Below are positions 50,649 through 63,310 of a stretch of DNA of 64,000 nt, piece after piece. The notes under the pieces are model-generated. The model was given only the letters and a program-made list of their open reading frames with translations, had not been told where the DNA came from and did not search any database. Location of the stretch: NCBI RefSeq assembly GCF_006345805.1, contig NC_043006.1:64418001-64482000 (forward strand). The letters are read 5' to 3'. Each line of letters begins with the position of its first letter. Position 1 is the first letter of the stretch. Source of the DNA: Octopus sinensis (Eukaryota). A program made the translations under genes and the position numbers.

Positions 50649-50949
50649 ATATTATAGTATATATATTATATATATATGTATGTATGTATATATATATATG
50701 TATATATCTATATATATATATATATATATACTCTTTTACTCTTTTACTCTTTTACTTGTTTCAGTCATTTGACTGCGGTCATGCTGGGCACCGCCTTTAA
50801 TCGAACAAATCGACCCCAGGACTTATTCTTTGTAAGCCCAGTACTTATTCTATCGGGTCTCTTTTGCCGAACGCTAAGTTTACAGGGACGTAAACACACC
50901 AGCATCGGTTGTCAAGCAATGCTAGGGGGACAAACACAGACACACAAAT

Positions 50950-50998
<49 letters not shown>

Positions 50999-51221
50999 CG
51001 ACAGGCTTCTTTAAGTTTCCGTCTACCAAATCCACTCACAAGGCATTGGTCGGCCCGGGGCTATAGCAGAAGACACTTGCCCAAGATGCCACGCAGTGGG
51101 ACTGAACCCGGAACCATGTGGTTGGTTAGCAAGCTACTTACCACACAGCCACTCCTGCGCCTATATATCTATATATATAAAACTCTAGTATATATATAAA
51201 ATGTGTGTGTTTCTTCAAGAT

Positions 51222-51297
51222 TGATGAAGTAATGCAGACATCTTTCTCATGAGACCCACCCCGATATGGGTCGAAAATCGATTAAAGCTGTTCATCA
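51222..51297 (+). ncRNA. Type I hammerhead fold with a G5-to-C core substitution
   Basis: TGATGAA..CAG..CTTT-CTCATGA-GACCCA ccccgata TGGGTC-GAAAATCGATT-A-AAG-CTG-TTCATCA; palindromic stem III AATCGATT and an extended stem I. Confidence 0.6.
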
Positions 51298-51395
51298 TAT
51301 TTTCAATCGGCAGAAAAATAGGTAAAATAGAGGTTTGTATGTCTGCTACGTCGGTTAGCATACAATATACTGTATCTATATGTATGTATGTATGT

Positions 51396-51452
<57 letters not shown>

Positions 51453-51813
51453 GTATAATATCTAATACACATAAATGTGTGTGTAAACCTCATTTCTCAC
51501 TTTCAAAATTAACTAATTATCGGTCCTTTCCTTCCCCCCTCCTCCCCGCTCCACAACAGTGCCGTGTCAGCAACAGTAATGACACACTGTTGCAGCTGTC
51601 AAGTTGTGAGTCATTTTGGGCGGCAAAGACACTTACAGACGCTGTCGTCTGCTGCCACTTATCACATGTCGACACCTTTCTGTTTTAGACGTAAAAATAC
51701 AAGCGACATCTCTCTCTTTCTCTTTCTTTCTTTCTGTCTCCCTTTCTTTCTTTCTTTCTTTCTATTTCTCTTTTTCTGTCTTTGTCTCTCTGTGTATCTC
51801 TCTATTTGTCAGC

Positions 51814-51897
<84 letters not shown>

Positions 51898-52430
51898 GTT
51901 CGTCAGTCTGTCTGTCTGTCAATCTATCTTGTATCGGTATACGTACACACTTCTATATAAAGAGACACAATGGCTATCCACTTCTGTAAATGTGTCAAGA
52001 GAAAGAGAAGCCTTCCGGATGCGGATGACGATCCACAAGGCTACAATAACTCAGATTCAACTTGTTGGTTCAATTCTTCCATTTAAATTGTTTTTCAACT
52101 TAATTCTTGAGTTTGTCTCCCCAACCTATTTTTTTTCATAACCAGAGTTAGTAATTAATACAATTATTGGATCTTGTTACCCCAATTAATTAAAATTTCT
52201 TGATTTATAATTAGTACCAGACTTTTAAAATAAGTGCTGGGGTCAATTTGTTCGACTAAAAACATTTCGAGGTGATGCTCCAGCAAGACCCTAGTCTAAT
52301 TGATTGAAACAAGTAAAAAAAAAAAAGACAAAGAAAAAGCATTGGTTTCTCGACAAATATTCATTTTTGGTGAATACACAAGGGCGGACTTATTCATAGT
52401 ATGGTTCTTGACCAAATTATCCGTTACATT

Positions 52431-52473
<43 letters not shown>

Positions 52474-53381
52474 ATTAAAACTAAACTAAATCGACAGCAA
52501 GAAGTCATCTGATGACCCACGTTTGAAATGCTATCAAACCCTTTATAGGCATATATCTACAATAAGAAAGTGTAAATACTCGAAATCGGTTGCCATATAT
52601 ACTCGTGTGTACCGTTGGCGATTTTTTTCCTCTGTCTTCCCTTCTCTGGATCTTTCCTTCTCCTATGTTTCCGACGAAGAGCTCCGCTCGAAACATTAAA
52701 CCCTTCTTCTTTCCTTCTTTCCTGAGCGTCCAATAATACTATATTTGTTCCACGTCCTCGCGTTGTTGTGTTTTTTTGTGCTTTCTTGTTTGGATTAACT
52801 ATATATATGTAGGTGTATACACACACATTCTGTGAGGTACCCATATACGAACGGTTCTCTAAACGAACAAACTGAATAAAGGGTGGTTAATCCGAAGAAA
52901 ATTGAGCTCGTATAACGAACTGAAATTTTATCAACGAGCTACAAGCATATTAATTGCTAGGAGAGCGTACACAATTGTGTACTAAATGAGCGAATTATAT
53001 AGCGAACAGTTTTTCTTAAGAAAATTATATTCAGTCTTCGAACTGGAATTTGAACAAGAAACCACGAGTAGGCTACGCACACATACAAACGGCTGCGAGA
53101 ATATATACAAACTTTTCGTTAACGTCCATATTCTTCATGAAACTTGAAAATGTTCATATTTTATTTAGAAAATAATATTTCTCATATTTTGGTAAAAATT
53201 AAACCATGGATCGACAAAGCAAGACAGGGAGGAAAATGCACACATATATACACATACATATAGATATTAATGTATTTACGTATTCATTATTGATGGAGGG
53301 ACAAGTAAAATCATTTCGTGCTTTATTTGGAGTTTGGGTGTGGCTTTGGACGGATTACTCCTATTTATATGTATTTCGATT

Positions 53382-53745
53382 ACTCATATAGCGAACAGGG
53401 CTCCCTAAACGGATTATGTTCGTATATAGAGAACCCACTGTATATTCATACAAAAATATTATATAAAAATCGCTTGTAATTGAAAATCTACAATAACAGC
53501 TGTGCATCACTGAAGAAGACCATAATGTCCAAAATGCATACTGCTAAAGAGAGAAACTCATATAACGAACAGGGCTCCCAAACGGATTATGTTCGTATAT
53601 AGGAACCCCACTGTATGTTCATACAAGAATTTTGTGTGATTTCTCTTGTAATCGAAGATTTACTGTGACATTTGTGCAACGCTGAAGACCAATAACGTCC
53701 AAAAACATCCGGAGTTTCTAGCATACTGTTAAATAGAGAAACTCA
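53382..53745 (+). repeat. Diverged tandem dimer (174 bp and 185 bp units), each with a decayed hammerhead-like core
   Basis: ACTCATATA(G/A)CGAACAGGGCTCCC at 53382 and 53556, ACTCA again at 53741; each unit has CTGAAGA..GTCCAAAA. Confidence 0.75.
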
Positions 53746-54673
53746 ATCCTCATTGAATTTTATTTTCAATTAATTTTAATTAACTTAAACTCTGAGGATG
53801 GTGGTTTGTGTCACCTGATTGTTTTAAATAGGATAATGAATTGGTTCTTGTTAACTATCAATGGAATTATAATTAAACAGACGCACAAACACACGCACAA
53901 GCACACACATAAACATGCGCATACATACATATACACATTTATATACACACACGCACATACATACACATGCCCATACACACACGCACGTACATACACTTGC
54001 GCATACACATAAGCGCGCTCGACAGATTTCTGGACAGTTTCTACATACTGAAATTCCGTTCAGCGGATATTATCGAATTATCGATCAACCGGAGGCTTCA
54101 GTAGAAGATACTTGATCAATATCTCTTGCAATGATAAACAGACGATTGCCAAATAAACTAGTTAAATGCATAGCCATAGTCATACCAACTAAATGCATTA
54201 ATAAATACTGTAAACACGAGTCTCGGTGTCATTGTAAACTGATCCGACAAACAGCAGCCTTGAGCTCTACAATCACACAGGGCTCCTGTAACTATTTAGG
54301 TCAATTTGGACTGTCAGGGGTTAAGTGTTCTCTTCAATGCAGACAGCGCCAGGAACGTAAGCTATTGACATCACGACCACCGTCACACACCTTGACATCC
54401 CACCAAAAGTATGTGTACTATTTATAAAAAACAGAGACTGTGACGAACCAACGAGTGTGTCCCTATTTCTCTTATATTATCTTCCAATACTAGCATTGAG
54501 TCATTGATCTACGGCCATATTGGATCATCGCTTTGAAAGGCTTAGAAAAACAGATCGATCCCAGAACTTATTCTTTGTAAGCCTAGTACTTATTCTGTCG
54601 GTCTCTTTTTCTGAACTGCTAAGTTACAGGGACGTAAACACACCAGCATCGGTTGTCAAGCGATGGAGGGGGA

Positions 54674-54725
<52 letters not shown>

Positions 54726-55175
54726 CGACGGGCTTCTTTCACTTTCCACCAACCAAATCCACCCACAAGGCTTTGGTTGGCCCGAGGCTATACTAGAAGA
54801 CACTTGCCCAAGGTGCCACGCAGTAGGACTGAAACCAGAACCATGTCGTTGGTAAGCAAGCTACTTACCACACAGCCACTCCTGCGCCTATATTCTATTG
54901 ATTTTTATTTGACGAACCGCTTAATTACAGGAGCATACTCAAACCAACACCCGTTGTCAAGCGTGGGAGGAAGGGGCACAAGCACAAACACACACACATA
55001 CGATGGGCTTCCACACAGTTTCACCTACCAAATTCACTCACAAGGCATTCGTCGGTTCGGGGCTATTGTAAAAGACACTTACTCAAGGGGTACCGTGTAA
55101 TAGAACAGAACCCGAAATTACGTGGATGCAAAGAGAGCTTGTTAACGACGCAGACGTACATGCGCATACGCCTGG

Positions 55176-55221
<46 letters not shown>

Positions 55222-55372
55222 TATATATATATATATATATATACAAAAAAATTTAGATTCAGATGAATATGGTACTTAAGTTAAAGGCACCAGAATTTGG
55301 TATGGTATTATCAATATCAATCAAATGGGGTGATTATAATCAAAATAAGCAACAAGGATATCCAAAGTTAGT

Positions 55373-55458
55373 GTAGTACAATCGTTTCATGCTACTTCAT
55401 TTAATTAAACAAGGTAAGTATTACATCAGTTTTAAAATTTAGAGCACTCATCAGCCAC
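55373..55458 (-). ncRNA. Type I hammerhead ribozyme with canonical core and long loop 2
   Basis: GTGG-CTGATGA-GTGCT-[~50 nt]-AGCAT-GAAACGATTGT-A-CTAC; GUA cleavage triplet. Confidence 0.65.
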
Positions 55459-55650
55459 ATATGGAATTCTTTATAAATAGAGAGAGGGGGAAACAGACAG
55501 ACAGACAGGTAGGTAAGTAGGTGGGTAGGTAGAGAGAGAGAGAGATAAATAGATAGAGAGAGGGAGAGAGAGAGAAGGACAGGCAGACAGACAAACAAAC
55601 AGACAGACAGACAGGTAGCTACGTAGGTAGGTAGATAGGTAGAGAGAGAA

Positions 55651-55754
<104 letters not shown>

Positions 55755-55864
55755 TTAGATATGCAAGCATATATGTATATATATATATATATAATATTAT
55801 AATATTATACCGGAGATGTACTTGCAAGCAAAGTGATTTGATCTGAGATCGTGTGCTGAAACGA

Positions 55865-56055
55865 AAACAATTGCAGCGTGGAAGGTGTTTGTAAGCCATT
55901 CAAGAAACACACAAAGCCGGATTTTTGTCAGTGAACAGGTCGCGGTCTTAAAGCGACGAAAATATCTTGACAAATTAAACTTAATGTTGAAGTGAATCGA
56001 ACGGCTTTTGTGAGTTCCTTGAATGGCTTAAAACACCTTCCACGCTGCAATTGTT

Positions 56056-56056
<1 letters not shown>
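55865..56056. repeat. MITE-like inverted repeat with 55 bp arms
   Basis: AAACAATTGCAGCGTGGAAGGTGTTT..AAGCCG at 55865-55919 and its reverse complement at 56002-56056. Confidence 0.8.
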
Positions 56057-56134
<78 letters not shown>

Positions 56135-56195
56135 ATATATATTATATATTCTACATATGTATATTATACATATACATATATATATATATACATAG

Positions 56196-56253
<58 letters not shown>

Positions 56254-56582
56254 ATATATATATGCATACATACAAGTGCATGCACATATATATAACGGAC
56301 AGATTGACAGAGAGGCAGAGATAGCAAACAAGAAAGATACACGTATATATATTTGTGTGTGCTGTGTGTGAGTGTACTTATGTATAAACATGCATACAAA
56401 TATCAGTGGCGTAGTGTGGGACATGCGAACTTCACAGGGAGTCCAAAACTGTGCGTATGTGTGTGTTTCCATATTTACAACACACATATATGCATATTTG
56501 GTGAAGGCGCATGGCTCAGTGTTTAGAGCGTCGGGCTCACAGTCATGAAGTAGTGAGCTCGATTCCCGGACCGGGTCGTATG

Positions 56583-56662
<80 letters not shown>

Positions 56663-57146
56663 CATGGCTGTGTGGTATGAAGCTTGCTTCCCAACCGCAT
56701 GGGTTCAGTCCCACTGCATGGCATTTTGGGCAAGTGTCTTCTACTATAACCTCGGACCGATCAAAGCCTTTTGAGTGGATTTGGTAAGCAGAAACTGAAA
56801 GAAGCCCGTCGTATATGTATGTACTTATGTGTGTGTCTTTGTATCTGTGTTTGTCCCCCTACCATCGCTTGGCAACTGATGTTGGTGTGCTTATGTACCC
56901 GTAATTTCGCGGTTCGGGAAAAGAGACTGATAGAGTAAGTACTAGGCTTACAAAGAATAAGTCCTGGCGTCGATTTCATCGACTAAAACCCTTTAAGGCG
57001 GTACTCCAACATGGGCGCAGTCAAATGACTGAAACATGTAAAAGAATAAAAGAATACACATACACACACATCATCCATATGTACATATCTAATATGTTAA
57101 ATAACCATAACAACACACAGACATACACACACACACACACACACAC

Positions 57147-57177
<31 letters not shown>

Positions 57178-57780
57178 ATATACCCATACACAAGTACAAA
57201 CACGCCAAGACTCGAACGTAACTACTATTTAGGAGCGTTGTTCGTTAAGTTCCCGCAACTCCCAAAACTACGCAAATAACGTCCCTTGGACAGCCAAGAA
57301 CTGCTGCTGCTTTGGCGCTTGTTGGCGCTGCTGCTGCTGTTGCTAAATAGCAGACGACGCTTCAAGTTTCGATGTCGTCTGCATTTCCTCTTTATCAATG
57401 TTGCTTCCATTTTCCCGGTTGTTATATTTCTCTCAAAGAGAGAGCATTAGAGGGCTTTGTATAAAACGCCATACTAAGATAATTATTATTGTAATTAATG
57501 ATGGAAGACCTCGCACATCAGATGTCTTTGATCACATCGACATTTTTTCAAACAATGTACCCGGAACAACACTATCTATTGTTCTTTTTAAGACGGTTGG
57601 ATGTAATTTAAGGAAGATTTAGCTGCTATTTTTAGCAGTCTGAGTGACAACATAGAGGCTGCCTGGTTCGGTCTTTATTAGGTCAACGTCAAAGCAGTCT
57701 TTTACCCTTTATTTGTTTCAATCTTTGGACTGCGGCCATGCAGGGGCATCGCCTTGAAAAAGTTGATCGAACAAATCGAT

Positions 57781-58085
57781 TTGCCCTCCACGGCGGCGGT
57801 GTCGACCGGAAAGGCGTACGGGATACCGAGTCCGACGCCAACGCTACAGCCCCGTACCGGTCCGCCGCTTCGCGTGAAGACGTGTTCCAGCGCCCGATGG
57901 CGCGACGCCGAACGAACGGCGACGCGGTCGCGCAGGTGTGCGGCGACACACACGGCACGACCGACCCGGTCCTCGGAGCCAATCCTTCTTCCGAAGGTAC
58001 AGATCCATTTTACCGACTTCCATTACCTACATTGGCGCTACCGACGAGAGGCTGTACACATTGGTGACCTGCTGCGGATGGTATA
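57781..58085 (-). pseudogene. 28S rRNA: 28S rRNA fragment (conserved helices leading into the GC-rich D8/ES27L expansion segment), a dispersed retrocopy
   Basis: Minus strand CATCCGCAGCAGGTCACCAATGTGTACAGCCTCT..AATGTAGGTAATGGAAGTCGGTAAAATGGATCTGTACCTTCGGAAGAAGGATTGGCTCCGAGGACCGGGTCGG matches the universal LSU motif ATCCGCAGCAGGTCTCC..GGATCCGTAACTTCGGGATAAGGATTGGCTC. Confidence 0.92.
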
Positions 58086-58100
58086 AAGATATATATAGAG

Positions 58101-58163
<63 letters not shown>

Positions 58164-58164
58164 C

Positions 58165-58195
<31 letters not shown>

Positions 58196-58788
58196 TATAG
58201 ATATAGGCGTGGGTATAGGTTTCTTTTAGTTTCCATCCTCCAAATCCACTCACAAGGTTTTTGTCGGCCATACATGGCTATTTTAATTTAATATTGCTTC
58301 TGTTATAACGGATACACATACACACACATACACACCACATACGCGCAAAACATGTAGAGAAGGTGGTCAGTGATAGCCCCCTGAAACCTAAATAATTTAA
58401 AGGACTCTCCAAACAGCAACCCCATTAAAAGGTCTCCGTGTACATTCGGGTGTATGCATTATATCTGTGTGTGTATGTGTGTGTGTAGAGAGAGAGAGAT
58501 TGAGAGAGAGAGAGAGAGAGAGAAAGAGACATACATACAAGCATACATACAAGCATACATACACACTATATATATAATATATATATATATAAACATGTAA
58601 TAACTATATATATATTATATATATATATATATATTATATATCTATTATAATATATATATATATATATAGATATATATATATATATATAGTAGCGCGCCCG
58701 AAGATATGTATTGTGATCCTTAAACAGCAATATCTGACTCTCACCAATAGAGTGGTCCCTTTGTTGAATTATATCACGAACCAATACT

Positions 58789-58847
<59 letters not shown>

Positions 58848-58919
58848 TGTGTGTGTGTTTGTTGTGTGGTGTGTGTGTGTGTATGTGTGTGTGGTATTTG
58901 TGTGGTGTGTATGTATGTA

Positions 58920-58951
<32 letters not shown>

Positions 58952-61124
58952 TATATAAAACATAGGGGGGGGACGACAGACAGACGACAGACAGACAGAC
59001 AGACAGACAGACAGGTGGAGAAGTGAGAGAAAGAAAGGTGGAGACGACGGAACAAAGAGAAGACGAGAACAAAATTATTTCCTGGTTGACAAGATGAAAC
59101 CAGCCGTGAACTTCTGACAAAACTAGTGTAATCTGGTTAGACCTGGATTTGCCACTTAATCATCATTGCAGCGGAAGTAAACGTTCTGTAAACTGAATCA
59201 GCAGACATATTTCAATTCAGATGTGAATCAGCAGATGTATGGTGAGGTAGTCTCAGGGAGTTAACCGAGAACGACTGGTTCTAACCCACAGATACAGCGT
59301 CTCTGATATGATTAAGCTCCCCACCCCTCATCCTTCTTCCGTAACTGATCTATGTCTTGTCTTACCTTGGGCCTCCTCAGCTCATGAAGAAATCGTAAGG
59401 GTGCCGTTGTGATATGAAGCTCCTTCTATTCAAATATCATTACGTCAAGTTACTACTCAGGAGAGATGATGAAGAAACTGAAGGTTACGTGACCAGCTGC
59501 AAATATATATATATTTTTTCTTAATGAAAAAATTTCGAAGGGAAAATGTGCATGAAGAACGATAAAGATCTAAGAGCGAATATCATGATTAAAGATTAGC
59601 CACTCGATCCTGTAGGTAGGGCTTCTTATCGCTGATGAGAGACGCAGTGCACTATAAAGCTGTTGAAAGGGAAGATCCGAAACGCTGCGCTTTCTTTCCT
59701 GCTGACCCGTCAAACCCCTTGGGATCGGATATGCAGAGCTTTCTATTAGCAAGCCTTTGGGATGAGTCGTAGACATCTCTGTTTTAGACGTGGCGGTGGA
59801 GCCCATCCTTCTCTAGGTTTAAACACAGCCGATTAGTTAAAGAAAGAAACCAACCCTAGAAATTACAGGTTCTTTATTTATAGATTCCGGGAAGATGAAA
59901 GGCAGAGTTGATCTTGGCATGATTTGAACTCAGACCGCTGAGATCAGAACAAGTACCAGAAGATATTTATCCCCACCACTCTAACAACTTCGCCAATTCA
60001 CTCACTACATTAAGCGATCCATGATAAAAGGTGTTTCATCAATAATCATCTCACCTATTTAAAATTTCTAATTCGGTGTGTAAAGGTGCGTCTCCGAGCG
60101 GTTATGGCATTTATCTAACGATCTTTAGATCATGAGTTCGATTCTTGTGAATGACTTGTTGTAGCCGTGAGTAAAACACTTCATTTTATGTTGCTCCAAT
60201 CCACTCAGCTGAAAATAAGTACCAGCAGTAGTCGAGGTGGGGAAGCTAATTCTGTCAAGGTCTGGCGTCTCATTCATGAGCAAGTTTTATACTTTCAGAT
60301 GCTAAGGGCGTTTTACCCCCAGTTTTGTGAGCCTCTAAGCTCGAGGCAAACGATTCAGTGGACTTTCATGTTGGGAATAAATAAGAGTTGTGACCTAACG
60401 TTAACTTTATCAACATTATGTGAAATCACTGGATGCGAACCGAAGAACATCTAGATGCTAATGTAGTGCGGAACCCGAATGATATGGCCACCTTTGAGAC
60501 TAAACTGCTTTTTCTCCCCCTCTTTTTTTAAAGGCCATATTGAATGAAGTGATCCCGGCTACTCTGTCAGAAACTCGAGATGGACACAGTTAGAATTCAT
60601 TTGATCCAGAGTCCGATTAGAATGTTCAGCTCTAGGCCAATCCTACAATGTGCGTCCCCTTCTCTCATCCCTCAATCTACTCCCGCTTCTCTTATCCCAA
60701 CCGTATGCGCCCTCTTCTGCCAGTCTTACAGTGTGTTAACGGTCTCCCATTCCTACACAGGGCACTCCCTTTAAAACATTTTCTACAAATTCGTCCAGCC
60801 ATCACTCCTCTTACAACAATTGGAAATGCAGTTGAAAAACTATTAACTTATGCACAACAAATCTAGGTGTGGCTGTGTAGTTAAGACGCTCATTTTGAAA
60901 CTGCGTCGTTTCGAGTTCAGTCTCACTGGGCAGCATCTTGAGCATTTGCTTTCTACAATAGTACCGGGATTACCAATGCCTTGTAAATAAGGTTGGTAGA
61001 AAGAACTGTGTGGAAACCTGTAGTATGTATGTATGTATGTATGTATGTATGTATGTATGTATGTATGTAGTATGTAATGTAAGTATGTATGTATGTATGT
61101 ATGTATTATGTATGTATCTATCTA

Positions 61125-61167
<43 letters not shown>

Positions 61168-61438
61168 CATCGCCATTGTTGTGTTTTGTGTATGTTGTGT
61201 GTGTATTCATATATATATAAATGCAGGCGCAGGCGTGGCTGTTGTGGTAAGAAGCTTACTTCCCAACTGTATCGTTCTGAGTTCATCCATTTTGTGGCAC
61301 CTTGGATAAGTGTCTTCTACTATAGCCTCGGGCTGAATAAAACTTTGTGAATGAATTTGGTTGACGGAAACTAGAATGTATACATATATGTGTGTGTGTG
61401 TGGGGTGTGTGTGTGCGTCTGTGTACATATAATATTTT

Positions 61439-61514
<76 letters not shown>

Positions 61515-61579
61515 CAGACCAGACAGACAGACAGATAGACCGACAGAGATAGAGAGACAGAGAGAGACAGAGAGAGAGA

Positions 61580-62170
61580 GGATTCAGAATTCCACTTCAA
61601 ACAAGGTGAAATATTTAAGATCAAATCAAATTTCACCTGCGCCTCGGAAAATTGTTGGACAAACAGGAATATCACTCTGTCGAAGAACCACCATCCACAA
61701 AGAACAAATCCGCCGCCCACAATACAGACAGTTACAGGTTAGTGAACACATAGAAAGGTGTGCTAGGAATCTTAAACCTAATTCCAAATCTTCCCCTTCT
61801 ATCAATGTTCACAGAACACCTTAACGCAACAAAGGTTGAATAAAGAGGCAATCTTCTTCAATAAATATCTCCCCCCAATTAAATATGTACACACAACTTA
61901 ATACAGAACACTACTAACCCTTCAATTAACACCACTAACCCCCATACATTCCTTTCACCTTTTACGTTACAATTCTATATCTAACCTAACTGCACAAAAT
62001 CCAGAACTACTTACCTCCTTTACAAATAATCTTTTTACTCAGGAACTATTAGACCTGACACCGTTCATTAGCCTGTGTTCATTCATTATGACGAAACCAT
62101 GGTATGCTTACTGAATCTTTAATCATCCCATAATAATGACTTTTATTACTACCTCAGTCCATCTAAATGT
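61580..62170 (+). mobile_element. Penelope-like element 3' fragment (GIY-YIG C-terminal half plus 3' terminal region)
   Basis: FKIKSNFTCASEN..GQTGISLCRRTTIHKEQIRRPQYRQLQVSEHIERCA..FPFYQC..RLNKEAIFFNKYLPQLN; downstream ATGAC-GAAACCATGGT-A has a palindromic stem III but a decayed core. Confidence 0.75.
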
Positions 62171-62360
62171 ATATATCTGTTGTAACCTTTCATAAAAAGC
62201 CTTTTCTTTTTTATTTACAATGTGCATTTTCGTTGATTTTTCTTATTTTCGCCTTACATTTCCACGTGTATTTTCTATTTTCTTTTTGTAACATATTTCT
62301 ATTTATATATATTATATTATCATATATATATATATATTCAGCAAGTATGTCCCGGTAATT

Positions 62361-62447
62361 TGGTACGATCGTTTCGTGCTACTTCATTATATTAAACATT
62401 GTAAGTATTTACATCAGTTTTTTAAAATGTTGAGCAATCTTCAGCCA
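62361..62447 (-). ncRNA. Second copy of the long-loop type I hammerhead
   Basis: TGG-CTGAAGA-TTGCT-[~50 nt]-AGCAC-GAAACGATCGT-A-CCA; homologous to 55373-55458. Confidence 0.65.
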
Positions 62448-62489
62448 TTTATAGAAGTTTTCCATCAAACGGACAATACATGTACTTAT

Positions 62490-62558
62490 TTCCATATATG
62501 TATATATATATATATATGTGTATATATATAATATATAATATGCATATAATATATATTA

Positions 62559-62592
<34 letters not shown>

Positions 62593-62756
62593 TATGATAT
62601 ATATATATTATATATATATATGATATATATTATATGTAATATATATATCTATATATATATATATATATATATATGATATATATATATATATATAGATAAT
62701 ATATATGATATATATATATGATATATATATATATGATATATATATATATATATATA

Positions 62757-62808
<52 letters not shown>

Positions 62809-63012
62809 ATATAATATTTATTTATAGAAGGAGCTTCTACAGGACTAGAACTGTTTCATTCAAATGAAATCATCAGAAGCTTCCTGATGATTTCATTTGA
62901 ATGAACAGTTCTAGTCCTGTAGAAGCTCTTTCTATAAATAAAATTAATTTACTCTGCCATGTATTGAGTACCTTATTTACTGTGGTTAACCCCGACTGAA
63001 CCCGGGACCTAC

Positions 63013-63065
<53 letters not shown>

Positions 63066-63101
63066 ATATATATATATCATATATATATATATACATATAT
63101 A

Positions 63102-63153
<52 letters not shown>

Positions 63154-63196
63154 ATATATATATTATATATAATATATCTATATATATATACATATA

Positions 63197-63236
<40 letters not shown>

Positions 63237-63310
63237 ATAATTATTATATATATATATATTATATATATTCTATATATGATATATATATATATATATACCA
63301 TATATATATA
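62490..63310. repeat. Long interrupted (TA)n microsatellite field
   Basis: Direct inspection. Similar fields lie at about 13906-13970, 14253-14536, 44135-44650, 50520-50730, 56060-56260 and 58570-58960. Confidence 0.95.
62817..62943. repeat. 127 bp near-perfect palindrome with two outward-facing hammerhead-like motifs, inserted in (TA)n
   Basis: Arms read CTGATGA-T-TTCA tt TGAA-T-GAA(A)CAGTTCTAGTCCTGTAGAAGCTC; 7 nt loop AAGCTTC. Confidence 0.9.

Noticed and set aside
57781-58085. Functional rDNA locus or R2-type rDNA insertion site
   Set aside because: Only 305 nt, flanked by SINE parts and microsatellite; no other rDNA or R2 sequence is nearby.
59625-59705. CTGATGA...CCGAAAC as another hammerhead
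   Set aside because: Stem II does not close properly and I could not form stem I; it is probably decayed or a chance match.
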